NCBI GenBank assembly: GCA_021613535.1
Contig: CP075495.1
Coordinates: 14,260,001-14,324,000, forward strand
Length of the DNA stretch: 64,000 nucleotides
Reading direction: 5' to 3'
Source: Adineta vaga
Taxonomy: Eukaryota; Animalia; Rotifera
Shown here: piece by piece, positions 14,208 through 25,531 of the stretch
How the letters are laid out: every line of letters starts with the position of its first letter
How positions within the stretch are numbered: position 1 is the first letter of the stretch
The notes under the pieces: generated by a model
Database searches by the model: none
Told to the model about the DNA's origin: nothing
The model's input: only the letters and a program-made list of their open reading frames with translations
Made by a program: the position numbers and the translations under genes

Positions 14208-14602
14208 TGTAACAGATTTATGTTGAGGAGAATAATTATTTATAGATCTAGAAAAATAACAAGAATATCTGAGAAGAAGTTAAAATAAAAAAATAAACTT
14301 ATGCAAATAACAATATTAGTTTTATTTATCTAACTATTTTTTTCATCAACAAAAATGGTTATTTTTTAATAGGATATCGTCAATAAACACATAAACAAAC
14401 AAAAAAAGATGCAGACAAGTAGTTTGTTATTTCGTTTTTATACAAAAGAAAATAATCTATAAAACAATTAATAATCATTAGAGAAAAACCGAAACTATTT
14501 TTTTACAACTATATGAGACTATATATGTATATGCAATATCTGACATGTAGAATTTCTTCATAAAATAAAGAACAAAGAAAATATCTGATTTGTTGATTGA
14601 AG

Positions 14603-16272
14603 TTAAGCAATAATAACAAGTTCCTTGAGTTGTTTTTTGTCTTGTTGTTTTTCTACTAATGTTGGTAACCACGAAAGATGATTTAAAAGATCACGAAATG
14701 GTCGAATTGTTGGAACAAATTTTGGACGTTTTTCATAAACATTTTCCTAGAAAAATCTATCATTTAAATATCAAAATATAAATAACGATTTACCAATAAA
14801 TCAATTGATATATTATGAATTTGTATGGAATAAACTTCATCCATTGGTATTTCTGATCCTAATCGCATTGATGGATTTGTTGGTGAATTGAATAATACTT
14901 CCGAAAAAGGTTTCATCCATTCTTTGCATATACAAATATCATCATTGGTTAAACCTAAAGTACACTTTATTTTTCTACGAAAAAAGAATTTTCGTCATCG
15001 TTTTACCTGTGATTTTTTCAAGAGACCAATTCGATTTGCATAAAAGAATAGCCGAAGCAGCAAGAATATGTTTCGAAAACTGACTATATTCAAGATCCAA
15101 TGAACATAAATCTAGTAACTAAACGAGAAAAAGTTTCAATTTTTCTTTTTCATTATCAAGAAAATTCGAAAAAGAATTTTACTCGAACAGTTGATGAAAA
15201 TGTTTGAAGAAAATCTTTTGATCGATGTATATTAGTTAATATCGAACTTCGAAGAATTTCACTGTTTATTAATCGTCGTTTTTTTGATACTAATGATTCT
15301 TTTTCATCAGACAAATTTTCAAGTTCTTTTTCAGCTTGAAGATAAACTAATAGCCAACTAATCGATGTTATTGGACTTATATACCAATTTAATGTCTAAA
15401 TTGAAATCATTGAAATCGAAAAACAAAGAAGATACTCTTTCTCTTACATTCATTAAATCTAATTCCATCTCAAGAATATCTTCTTCACAACAAGTATTGT
15501 CCGTTACATAAGAAAAATCAGATAAACGTGGTGGATAAATTTCCTGAAACAAATCATTCGTATTGTTGAAAAGAAAATCATAAAATCTTACTTCGATTTT
15601 TGCGGCTACAAAAAGGGCTGTAATACCAAGTAATTGAAATTTATTTTTTGCTAAATTCTTTTTCTGACATAAATATTGATCAATATAAGCAATTGCTAAA
15701 TGATACGTTTCACGATGAAGATGATAAACTTCACAAACCTTTAAAAAAACAAACAAATTCGTTTTTTTTTCTCAAGAATTCTTTCATGAAAGAGATTTTT
15801 ACTTCAATTAACCAATCGAATAGAACACTTCGCATTTTTGTTGTTATTGATGGATGTGATTCAAGAAAATTATGACGACATTTATAGGTTTTATCATGAG
15901 TCTTATTCATCAGATTTAACCATAATTGATGTGAATGATACCAAGAATTCTCCACTGATTTTTCTTTTTCTTTAAAAATAAATGATGAGTGTTTTGTAAA
16001 TACCATTTCTAAATTTAATTCAACATTGTCAATTTTTTCATTCAAAATCAATCATCTTTGCTCTTAAATGACTTTTATATTCAGTTGGAACTTGTCATTT
16101 GTAGAAGAATGCCTTTAGGTATATTTCCCTATAGATATCTTACCAGATTGAACTCGTTTAATAAGATTTTCTTTATTTCCAGCATTTTTTTGTACCTAAA
16201 TAAAAAAGAAATATAAACCAATAGAAATGTTTCATTTCCCACTTTCAATCGTCCTTGTTTTCGTCGTTTCAT
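14603..16272 (-). CDS. CCNE: G1/S cyclin E-like, multi-exon
   Basis: Cyclin box MRSVLFDWLIE|VCEVYHLHRETYHLAIAYIDQYL, FQLLGITALFVAAKIE|EIYPPRLSDFSYVTD. The LHRET signature indicates cyclin E. Confidence 0.85.
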
Positions 16273-19200
16273 CACAATCAACTTATGTAGCACACCGATT
16301 CATTTGACCGATCGGACAATTCGATATTTTTTTCCTCCTTTTTCGTTTCTTTGCTCTTTTCTTTTTTCTTTCTCGCTAACAAAAGAAAAGGAAAAGATAT
16401 AATTCGTCGAGGTATATAGCAGCGAACATGATGCACAGAACTAGACAAGACCTAATTTTTCACAATATCACATGAAATAAAAAGAAGGTCTCATATAGAT
16501 TGTGCAACACCTTCAGCAGCATTAATGATCTGATTTTCTTTTATGAAAAAAATCGATCATTTATATAGGATGAGAAATAATTTGAAGAAATCCCGTCAGT
16601 TGTTTACTGATAAGTAAAGCAAGAAGAAGAAGAAGAAGATGAATTTGATATGGTCTCATGAATTCTATGCATATTAACTAGATGTGAACACCTGACTGTG
16701 AACACTCACACACACGCAACAGGTGGCTTTTTTTCTTTTTTACTAATGAGAAAGATTCAAAATTTTTATGATTGTGATGAACTGACGTGGAAAACGAGTA
16801 GTATTGAAAAAACATAATCTTACTTGAAATTTTCCTGTTTTGAATTTACGTTCGAGAATTAATGATGAAAAATCAGGCTAAAACATAAAAGATGTATTCG
16901 AGAAAACTCTAAATGATGTTCTTCATACTGAAATAGATCGTTTTAAAGGCCGTAAAATTGATGAACTATTTTCATCATTTATTTGTATCATCATTGATAA
17001 TGATAGATCTACAATAAAAAAAAAGAAAGTCAAATGTTAATCATTTGTTTATCATCGTCATCAGATTACTAAAGTCTTTTCATTGTTTTAGAAAAAAAAT
17101 ATAAAAGAATAAAATTCTGTTTGCTTTTTTCTTTTAAAATCTACTCATTGCATATAAGACTTCGGAGAAGGCAATGGAGACGAATAAGAAAGAAAATAAG
17201 CTGATTGATTACTCTTTGCATGGCCTTACAATGGCTTATTAGTTAGTTTCACAGATAGCCATCAAGATTTCATGCAAATATTTTTTTACTCAACACGCTT
17301 TATTTCATCATATGACGATTAAATTAGTGTGAAGAAACTTAAATCATTTTAATGTTATGGATGAAACATAAGAAACTTTGTTTACGAATGACTAAGACTA
17401 ATGAATGTGATCATGATCAAATTTATTTACGTATTTTGTTTTTCCAATCAACAACCTTTGTTATTTGGAGCAGTAAGTTTGAAAACTACTGGTTATAATA
17501 AATGATGTCGTTTTTCTTCCTTCGATATAGATGGCAGTAGTAGTCGTTCATATGTCCGAAGAGAATGTTCAAACTATATATATTGGGTGCAGGATAAATG
17601 AAAACGTCTGCTCTTGGATATTTTCGTTCAATCCATAAGATAATAGTTGTTTTTATCTATTATTCAAAGTTCAACTATGGAAATAAGTATTGGCAGGTAG
17701 AAATAGTTATATTACTCTTGTCGTCATCGCTTTCGATGTTATTAAAAACATCGATCTATGTTAATTTCGAATAGACAAGTGGAATATCAAGAAACCGGAA
17801 ATGGTTACGTTTGATAAATTGAAATATCTTTTTTGTTTCTCCTTTGTAAATACATGTTTATTTTACTTATGTCTTGTTTTAAATAAAATGAAATGAAAGT
17901 TGACAGTAAGCAATGACACGCATGAAGTTATAATTAAGCTCCAAAGCCATGGGACACACCCACATCCTCATCGTTGATACTTCCTATATATCGTTAAGGA
18001 AAATAGAAATTTTTAGGAAAACTATTCTGTAGGAACGTCCTTTGCACTCAATATACCACCTAAGAGAGCATCCTTGGACCTCATGTACTCTGATATTGAA
18101 TTGTACCATTAAATAGACTATCTAACTATGAATCCAAATATAGGAATTTTTTCTGAAAGGTGTTTAAGAAGGTGACCGGTGAAATTTTGGTTGAGTCTTC
18201 TCATGTATCCAGGTTATGGAAAAATTCAAATATAAGAAAGATCTATATAGAGTCACCGAGTTATATATTCTATACTTAGGTATTCAAGGAATTGTTCTCC
18301 TTTACGAATTTCTCTCCCTGTTTGTATTGAAAGAAGACTAGAAAATACTGAAGAAACACCGAAATTTGGTTCAGTCATTCTTCTCAAATCTGGATTCTTA
18401 CTGACCAGTATATTCAATAGAAAAGAAAAACTACTCGACGAACGATTAGACGTTGATTTCAGACACGCGTCATTATTGCACATCGATTTTTTAAATAAAC
18501 AAAATCGTCATATTAGACAAAGAAACTATTGTGGATGTACATTCAACAACTAAATGTTCATTATCATGTGTAGTTATTTCAATGTACAGAATGAAAAACT
18601 TCAAAAGATCTAATATAATCGGTTTCATCGACATCGACGATGAATATATACAAAAAGAAATATGTGTGAACTCGAGATAGAACGACTTAACCACTCGCAA
18701 AAGATTGCTACTCTTGTCATTCTCTGAATGTCAATCAGAAAATACGAACGGAATATAAGTACGGATCACTACATAAACATAAAACACTGTTTGTGTTTAC
18801 AAATGCATCTCGCCGCATTTGATTGAAACTCGAGTATATCGGAAACTGCATCCAGATGGGATTTATGTTACATTGTGTCTCTGCGCATTTGTTAGTCGAC
18901 ACTGAGATGCAGTCTTTTCTCTAAAAGTTTCTATTTTATGTTGAAAGATGTACGAATACAGAACATCTTTCTGTCATCAGACATAAAACGTCAGATCCAA
19001 GAAGCAACTAAATAGAGTTGTAAAAATCGTCATTCACTTCATCTTGAGGGCAAACCCAACTCTCTAGCGTTCAGATATACTAAAGATTTGCGATACACAC
19101 AGACATTAAACTAAACTCTCGGTTATGAGAAATACTCAAAATCAAGTTCGGAAGTATATTTTGCTACGTTTTTAATCCCGACACAGTATTTAAGAAATAA

Positions 19201-19638
19201 TTTCCCAGTCGTTCCCAATAGATCAACGATTGGAATGCGTGCAGCGGAGCTATTAAAAGGCTTATAGCATGCACCGACGGTTGTGCTTTTTCTTCATAAC
19301 CTTTGTGTTGTTGAAACTTTTTCAGAAGACATGATCTTAAGAGTACATAGTTTCAGAAAATATGATCTCATACCCATCAAGCTTCTCCCATAATTGATAG
19401 GCTATAGTGCATTTCAAACACGCGCTTTCACTTTACCGGACCTACACAAATCAAAAACTTAGATGAAACATCCACCTCTTTCAGTCGGAAATCATGAGTT
19501 ATAAACACACGAACCTATCATACAAATAATACGACTTCGAAACACAGAGTGTATTCTATTTTCTACCCATCAGTTCGCTCTAAAATCAAACTCTCCCAAA
19601 AAACCAATACAAATCAATGTCCATTCAGCCCGCCCTGA

Positions 19639-22273
19639 CTACCACTTCACCCTGTTTCCAAAACGATTTCGAAGATATTCTGCTCCCTGTTCGCCAATTC
19701 CATTGTAGCGCAGTCTTAGTGTGCTGAGTGTCTATGTATCAGAGAAACAGAGCGTGGAGATGTGAATTAGGTGAAGGGTGAATGACTATTACCGTGTTTG
19801 TTCGCAAGCCATCAGTAATGTTTTGTACTCCTTGTTCGCCGATTGGATTGCTCCCGAGATCTAGCGTGGTGAGTGTCTATGGACAAGAGAGAGTATCGGG
19901 GTGAGCATTAGGTGAAAAGCAAATGACTATTACCGTGTTTGTTCGCAAGGCATCAGCAATATGTTGTGCTCCTTGTTCGCCGATTTGATTGTCGTAGAGA
20001 CTTAGTGTGGTGAGTGTCTTATGGACAAGAGAGAGCATGAATGTGTGAATTAGGTGAAGGGTGAATGAATATTACCGTGTTTTTTCGCAGGGCATCAGCA
20101 ATATGTTGTGCTCCTACATCGCCGATTCGAATGTCTAGTAGGTCTAGTGTGGTGAGTGTCTATGGACAAGAGAGAGCATGGAGGTGTGGATTAGATAAAG
20201 AGCGAATGACTATTACCATGTTTATTCGCAAGGCATCAGTAATATGTTGTACTCCTTGTTCGCCGATCGGATTGCTCCCGAGATCTAGCGTGATGAGTGT
20301 CTATGGACAAGAGAGAGCATGGAGGTGTGAATTAGGTGAAGGGTGAATGAATATTACCGTATTTGTTCGCAAGGCATCACTGATCTGTTGTACTCCTTGA
20401 TCACCGATTTGATTGTAGTGGAGACTTAGTGTAGTCAGTGTCTATGGACGAGAGAGAGAGAGAGAGAGAGCATGGAGGTGTGAATTAGATGAAGAGCGAA
20501 TTAATATTACCGTGTTCGTTCGCAAGGCATCAGCAATATGTTCTGTTCCTTGATCACCGATATGATTGCCTGCGAGATCCAGTGTGTTGAGTATCTATAG
20601 ACAAGAGAGAGTATGGACGTCTCATTCGGATGAAGGGTGAATGAATATTACCGTGTTTTTTCGCAAGACATCACTGATATGTTGTATTCCTTGTTCGCCG
20701 ATTACATTGTACGCGAGATTTAGTGTGGTGAGTGGCTATAGACGAGAGAGAGTATGTGGGTGTGAGTTAGGTGAAAAGCAAATTAATATTACTGTGTTTG
20801 TTTGCAAGGCATCACTGATATGTTGTATTCCTTGTTCGCCGATCTGGTTGCGTTCGAGTTTTAGTGTGGTGAGTGTCTGTGGACAGGAGAGAGCATGGAT
20901 GTGTCAATCAGGTGAAGGGTGAATGACTATTACCATGTTTGTTCGCAAGGTATCAGCAATATGTTGCGCTGCTTGTTCGCCGATTGGATTGCACCCGAGA
21001 TTTAGTGTGGTGAGTGTCTATAGACGAGAGAGAGCATGGATGTGTCAATGAGGTGAAGAGCGAATGAATATTACCGTATTTGTTCGCAAGGCATCACTGA
21101 TATGTTGTGCTCCTTGATCACCGATTTGATTGTAGTGGAGACTAAGTGTAGTCAGTGTCTATGGACGAGAGAGAGAGAGTGAATGGAGGTGTGAATTAGA
21201 TGAAGAGCGAATGAATGCTACCGTGTTCGTTCGCAAGGCATCAGCAATATGTTCTGTTTCTTGATCACCGATTCGATTGTGGTGGAGATTTAGGGTGGTG
21301 AGTGTCTATGGACAAGAGAGAGAGCATGGAAGTGTCAATTAAGTGAAGAGTAAATGACTACTACCTTGTTTTTTCGTAAGGCGTCACCAATATGTTGTGC
21401 TTTTTGTTCGTCGATGTGATTGCCTGCGAGATTGAATGTGTTGAGTATCTATGTATAGAATATTTTTTTCGGAAATGTGAGTAAGGCGATCGGAACTTTA
21501 GGTATAGGTTTTTGAATTACATATAGTATTATACAAGAGCTGTGGTGGTGGTGTTGTTTGAAAGACTTCAGAAGGTGATTGGTTTGGGTGAGTCGGCTGA
21601 AAAGAAAAATGGTTGCTTGACTGATTATTACTGAGTTAGTATTCGAGTCATCGGATGAGTAGAGTGACTACTGTACTGAAGGCGATGATACCTGATTATT
21701 TCGAATGGTTTAGGATTGTCATTTTTACAGTTGGTTTGCGAGAGGTAGTAATGAGTCGTGGCATAATAGGAAATAGGTCACTCTATTTTATTCGGTGGGT
21801 TTCAAAGATAGTTGTGGCATTTTTTAGGAGTTGTGATAAAGACATTTGTTTGAAATGAGAAACGCGTTTTATAATTCTGTGGTTTTATTCTTTTTCGGTA
21901 CATGAGGGCACATTTAATAAGATGCATATTCTATAGACATGGATAGAAAAGAACAGATGAAGGGAAGGGTTGTTTTCAATAAGATGAGTCAATCTTGTGG
22001 GCGTTTCATTCGTGAAAATTGCTTCTGAATTGTGCAGAGTGGTTTTTCTTTGAGTAAACTCATTAAGTTAGATTTTATGAAGCTTATGTGTGCTTGAACA
22101 GACAGGAAAATAGGTAAAGCACTTAGCAAACGTACTTGATATCGATGATAAATGTTGAGAATTTGATTAAAACGTTTGCAAACATTTTGGATCGAAAAAA
22201 ATAGGGTAAAATCAGGCAGATGATCCAAAATCCGATAGACGAGCTCGATCGGTAATGTTGAAAATGTGTACAT
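19639..22273 (-). CDS. F-box + ribonuclease-inhibitor/NLRC3-type LRR protein: F-box exon (22273-22136), twelve 84-bp LRR exons and a terminal LRR exon
   Basis: F-box TLPIELVYRILDHL...VCKRFNQI...YQ|GT. LRR exons such as TLTTLDLGSNPIGEQGVQNITDGLRTNT are each flanked by AG/GT in phase 0 and contain no stops. The last exon reads TLSTLRLRYNGIGEQGAEYLRNRFGNRVKW*. The F-box-to-LRR1 junction across a ~690-bp intron is inferred. Confidence 0.85.
19732..21448. repeat. Tandem array of 12 units of ~141 bp (84-bp exon + ~57-69-bp intron)
   Basis: Exons at 19793, 19934, 20076, 20217, 20358, 20511, 20652, 20793, 20934, 21075, 21222 and 21365. Introns share the consensus GTAATATTCATTCACCCTTCACCTAATTCACACCTCCATGCTCTCTCTTGTCCATAG, and length varies mainly in the (CT)n tract. 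Confidence 0.95.
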
Positions 22274-22473
22274 ATTCGCTTTAGATTCTGCAAAAGTCAG
22301 CTGAGAATAGAAGCTATTGAATAAACTTTGTTTGTTATAAGAAATTTGCTTTACGAGAACTGAAAGTATTGTATTTTTGTTATTGAAAAAAGTGAATGAA
22401 GTCTGACGATTTCAACAAAAGCAAATAGTTAGTTAATGAAGAAAGATGGCGTTAATGTATGTGTTGAGATCAA

Positions 22474-22563
22474 GGGAGAAAAATCTCATTTCGGGGCATT
22501 CCGAATGCCATATAATGCGTGGGAATGCACCAGACTACCAGAATGCCGGAATGAGATTTTCCC
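22474..22563. repeat. ~90-bp imperfect inverted repeat (mini-MITE/hairpin) upstream of the F-box-LRR gene
   Basis: GGGAGAAAAATCTCATTTCGGGGCATTC pairs with GAATGCCGGAATGAGATTTTCCC. There is also an inner GGCATTC-C-GAATGCC hairpin. Confidence 0.65.
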
Positions 22564-23540
22564 ACTTGGTTTCAATATACTCTCAAGATACGTATTTTCC
22601 ATTAGTAGGTTTTGAGTTTTACAAAAGAGTTCATTTTAATAAAGGATATTTTTGCACGTCATATTCAACAAAAATTCAATCAGAAAAGGAAATCTTTGAG
22701 GGTAGGTGATGTCGATAGTCTCTTCTTTTCACACCCTCATAAACTAATTTCATTCTATTATAGTTCGACGTAATTCAATTTTCATTTCAAATATGTCTCC
22801 GTAAAGACCTTATTAAGAAAATAAATTGAATTAAAGAAAATAAAGCTGGTTCATCTTATCGCGATCTACGAGATAAATTTAATGTATGAACAATTAGTGG
22901 CGTATCAAATATTCTCAAAAGCAAGAGAGAACACATGAAAGTATAAACTAAGTTTGAGTCTGACTCTCACCTAGTTAACTGAGATTGTTGCATGTCTATG
23001 CGATCGTATCTTTAAGACGTTTTTCATTGATTACAATGGTGTTCAAATTAGACAGATTTTACTGTATTTTATTTTTCTCACACCTGATACTAGTTCGATT
23101 CTAGTTGTGTTCATTTATTGAATTATCATCTCTGGAATGATCGATAGTTTCTATTTTAATATTACTTAAATTTGAATGATGTTATGTATAAATAACGCCG
23201 GACTGATTGTACTATCGAATTATATCTATAAAAATCTATATGATGTTGTTTGTTTTGCAGTCGGTCGTCGTCGGCCCTTCAAACCGTCACTCCTAACTGC
23301 TCAAGTGACGGAATCGCATGTAAGATCACATACAGTTGTACACATCCTTTTCGTTAACTACACATCAACTAGAAAAAGACAGATCACATGTGAGTAACAG
23401 CTTATTGTGTCCCAACAGTACGCGTTGAGAAAAGATAAGTTCGTATCAGTTTACAACATCATTCAATCGCACTCAAATATTACTACCCGAGACGGTAAAC
23501 ACGGCGAACAGAAAGATCGAAGACGAAAGCGCGTATCTAG

Positions 23541-23754
23541 CTCGTACTGAAGGGTACAGCAATACTTTTATGTTGTTTCGCCTTTAACTTTTGACCCTTC
23601 ACATTGATCCCAGCCATCATCCTACCCTCACCCTAATCTCGATAACTAATATTTAAGACAGTCTCGAAGAAAATGTTTTCTTGACCTTTGGCTCTGACAC
23701 AAAACCACATAGAAACTTTTTTTTTCTATATGACTCTCCTTTCAGCCGAGGGAA
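23541..23754. mobile_element. Non-autonomous Helentron/HINE-like element, copy 2
   Basis: End TTGACCTTTGGCTCTGACACAAAACCACATAGAAAC...TATGACTCTCCTTTCAGCCGAGGGAAT matches 7348-7434. Imperfect inverted repeat CTCGTACTGAAGG / CCTTTCAGCCGAG. Confidence 0.5.
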
Positions 23755-24420
23755 TAAGCTGTGGATGGAAGTGTTCCTTGACAGAGTACACAACACACAA
23801 ATACGTCTACAAAAGGAGAAAAGACGGATCCTGGATTCTCATAGTTCCTGAGATCGTAGAATTCATGTAGATTTGCCTGTCATGAGATCCTACAATTCAT
23901 GATGATCCATTAGGATCCGAAAGTTTTATAGGTTCCGCTTTTTCTCCTTGCACACAAACGTCTAAACCCACCCTCACTGTCACAAATAGACTGTGTGAGT
24001 TCCACATTTTAGTCATAATAGGACTGCGCTGAAAAGCGTTTTTTTGTAGTGCTTATATGAATGACTCATTCGATAGGTACAGAATAAGACTACCATATCC
24101 ACATATGGTAATTTTTATAGTTTTGATTGATGAATAATCCAGCTCGTATTCAAAAGGTATCGTATGATGATATGAAAACGAGCATATAGAGTAAATATTG
24201 GTATAAGATTTCAATAGCATATACACTTCTTTTAGATGATGATACTATAGTCATTAATGTTATGAAAAGGGATGTATTCGAAAGAAGTAAATAATTTATG
24301 TATATGTCTAGAGTGATTAATAAAAAGAAAAGAAAAACGTTATAGAATGTATTGCTTAACAGAATATTTCTTTTTGCAATATCGATCGAACATAAACGTA
24401 ATATACTAAGTACAAATATA

Positions 24421-24682
24421 ATGCGATTTTGGATTGTAGTTTTCCTTTTGATCAGTTTTACTGAATTAAAGTAAATGAAATAGTTTTTAATGTTTTTTTC
24501 TAATAATCTTTTATAGCTTTGCAGGTTTCTTCAACCGACAATTGTATGAACCTTGTATACCATTGATAGATGATTGCAAACCTGGTCTTCATTGTCGTAC
24601 ATCTGCAAGTTGCCTTCTGCTAGGTAAAAAACCAGGAATATTGTGTTGTCGATCAACTCGTGGAAAACGCAATATACCATAA
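24421..24682 (+). CDS. Small secreted six-cysteine peptide precursor (71 aa), 2 exons, with a C-terminal GKR processing site
   Basis: Exon 24421-24470 + 46-bp GT-AG intron + exon 24517-24682 gives MRFWIVVFLLISFTELNFAGFFNRQLYEPCIPLIDDCKPGLHCRTSASCLLLGKKPGILCCRSTRGKRNIP*. Confidence 0.75.
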
Positions 24683-25531
24683 TAAACTACGTCTATCTCA
24701 TTGACACTTATTATTTATAAACATAATACTTTTAGTAGAATATTATATGAGTTCACTTTCGATATGTCTTATGGTTATGCATTTTAATCTGTTAAATTCA
24801 TTTTATTCAGCTTTTAAATAGAAAAAAATAAGGGTGGGTGTGGATGGTGTATTTACAACTGAATCTCATCGACAAGTACGGGAACATTCACGCCGTCAAC
24901 GTTGAAAAGAGATTATGAAGAGAAAAAAAGTGTTTTAGTCGACAGTCGAGGGTAACGTGAGTCGAAACGACGAACGTTACATGTAAAAAATGAATGTAAA
25001 AATATCTATGAAATTCATTGGTCATGATTTGTCTTTTATTATTTATCAATAAAGATAAAGTACGTACTAATTTGACTTTAAGTAGTTGAATGTCTTTCCT
25101 GTAATTGTGTAATTACAAACTAGAAGTTCCATTTTCCTTTTTTTCCATATTATTATTTTATCATCAACGACTATCATTTTTATTTTTATGATCATTTTCT
25201 TCGAGAAAAACACAATTCTAGTTTTATTATACAAAGAATATATTTATGAAAATATTTAATCAGAAAAAAGTAACGACGACTAACCAATCTTCATTATCGT
25301 ATTCTTTTCTGTTAGGAATATCTTGCTCTCTTTTGATGTTATTTTTTTTTGTTGCATAGAGATGAATAAGAATAATATAGAAGAAAGAAGAGAACTTATG
25401 GTAGTTGAGACAACTTCTAAAGCGAAATCATAAGAAATGTTGTTTCCTTTATATAAATCTTTCATTCCTCGCTTTTATGATTCTTTTATCTTAAATTCCT
25501 TCAGGCAATCAGCATTTTAGTTTAATATGAA

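Noticed and set aside
20065-20922. Plus-strand Cys-rich ORFs (MNITVFF...)
   Set aside because: They are antisense shadows of the LRR array.
19732-21448. Regular repeat with variable segments resembling a CRISPR array
   Set aside because: Units are exon+intron modules with GT-AG sites encoding LRRs. The context is eukaryotic, there are no cas genes and the 'spacers' are homologous to each other.
21449-22135. Possible extra exon between the F-box and the first LRR
   Set aside because: The candidate acceptors tested lead to stops in all frames. A direct phase-0 join YQ|ILNT is in frame.
23620-23980. CCCTCA/CCCTAA telomere-like hexamers
   Set aside because: There are only one or two copies at each site, not an array.
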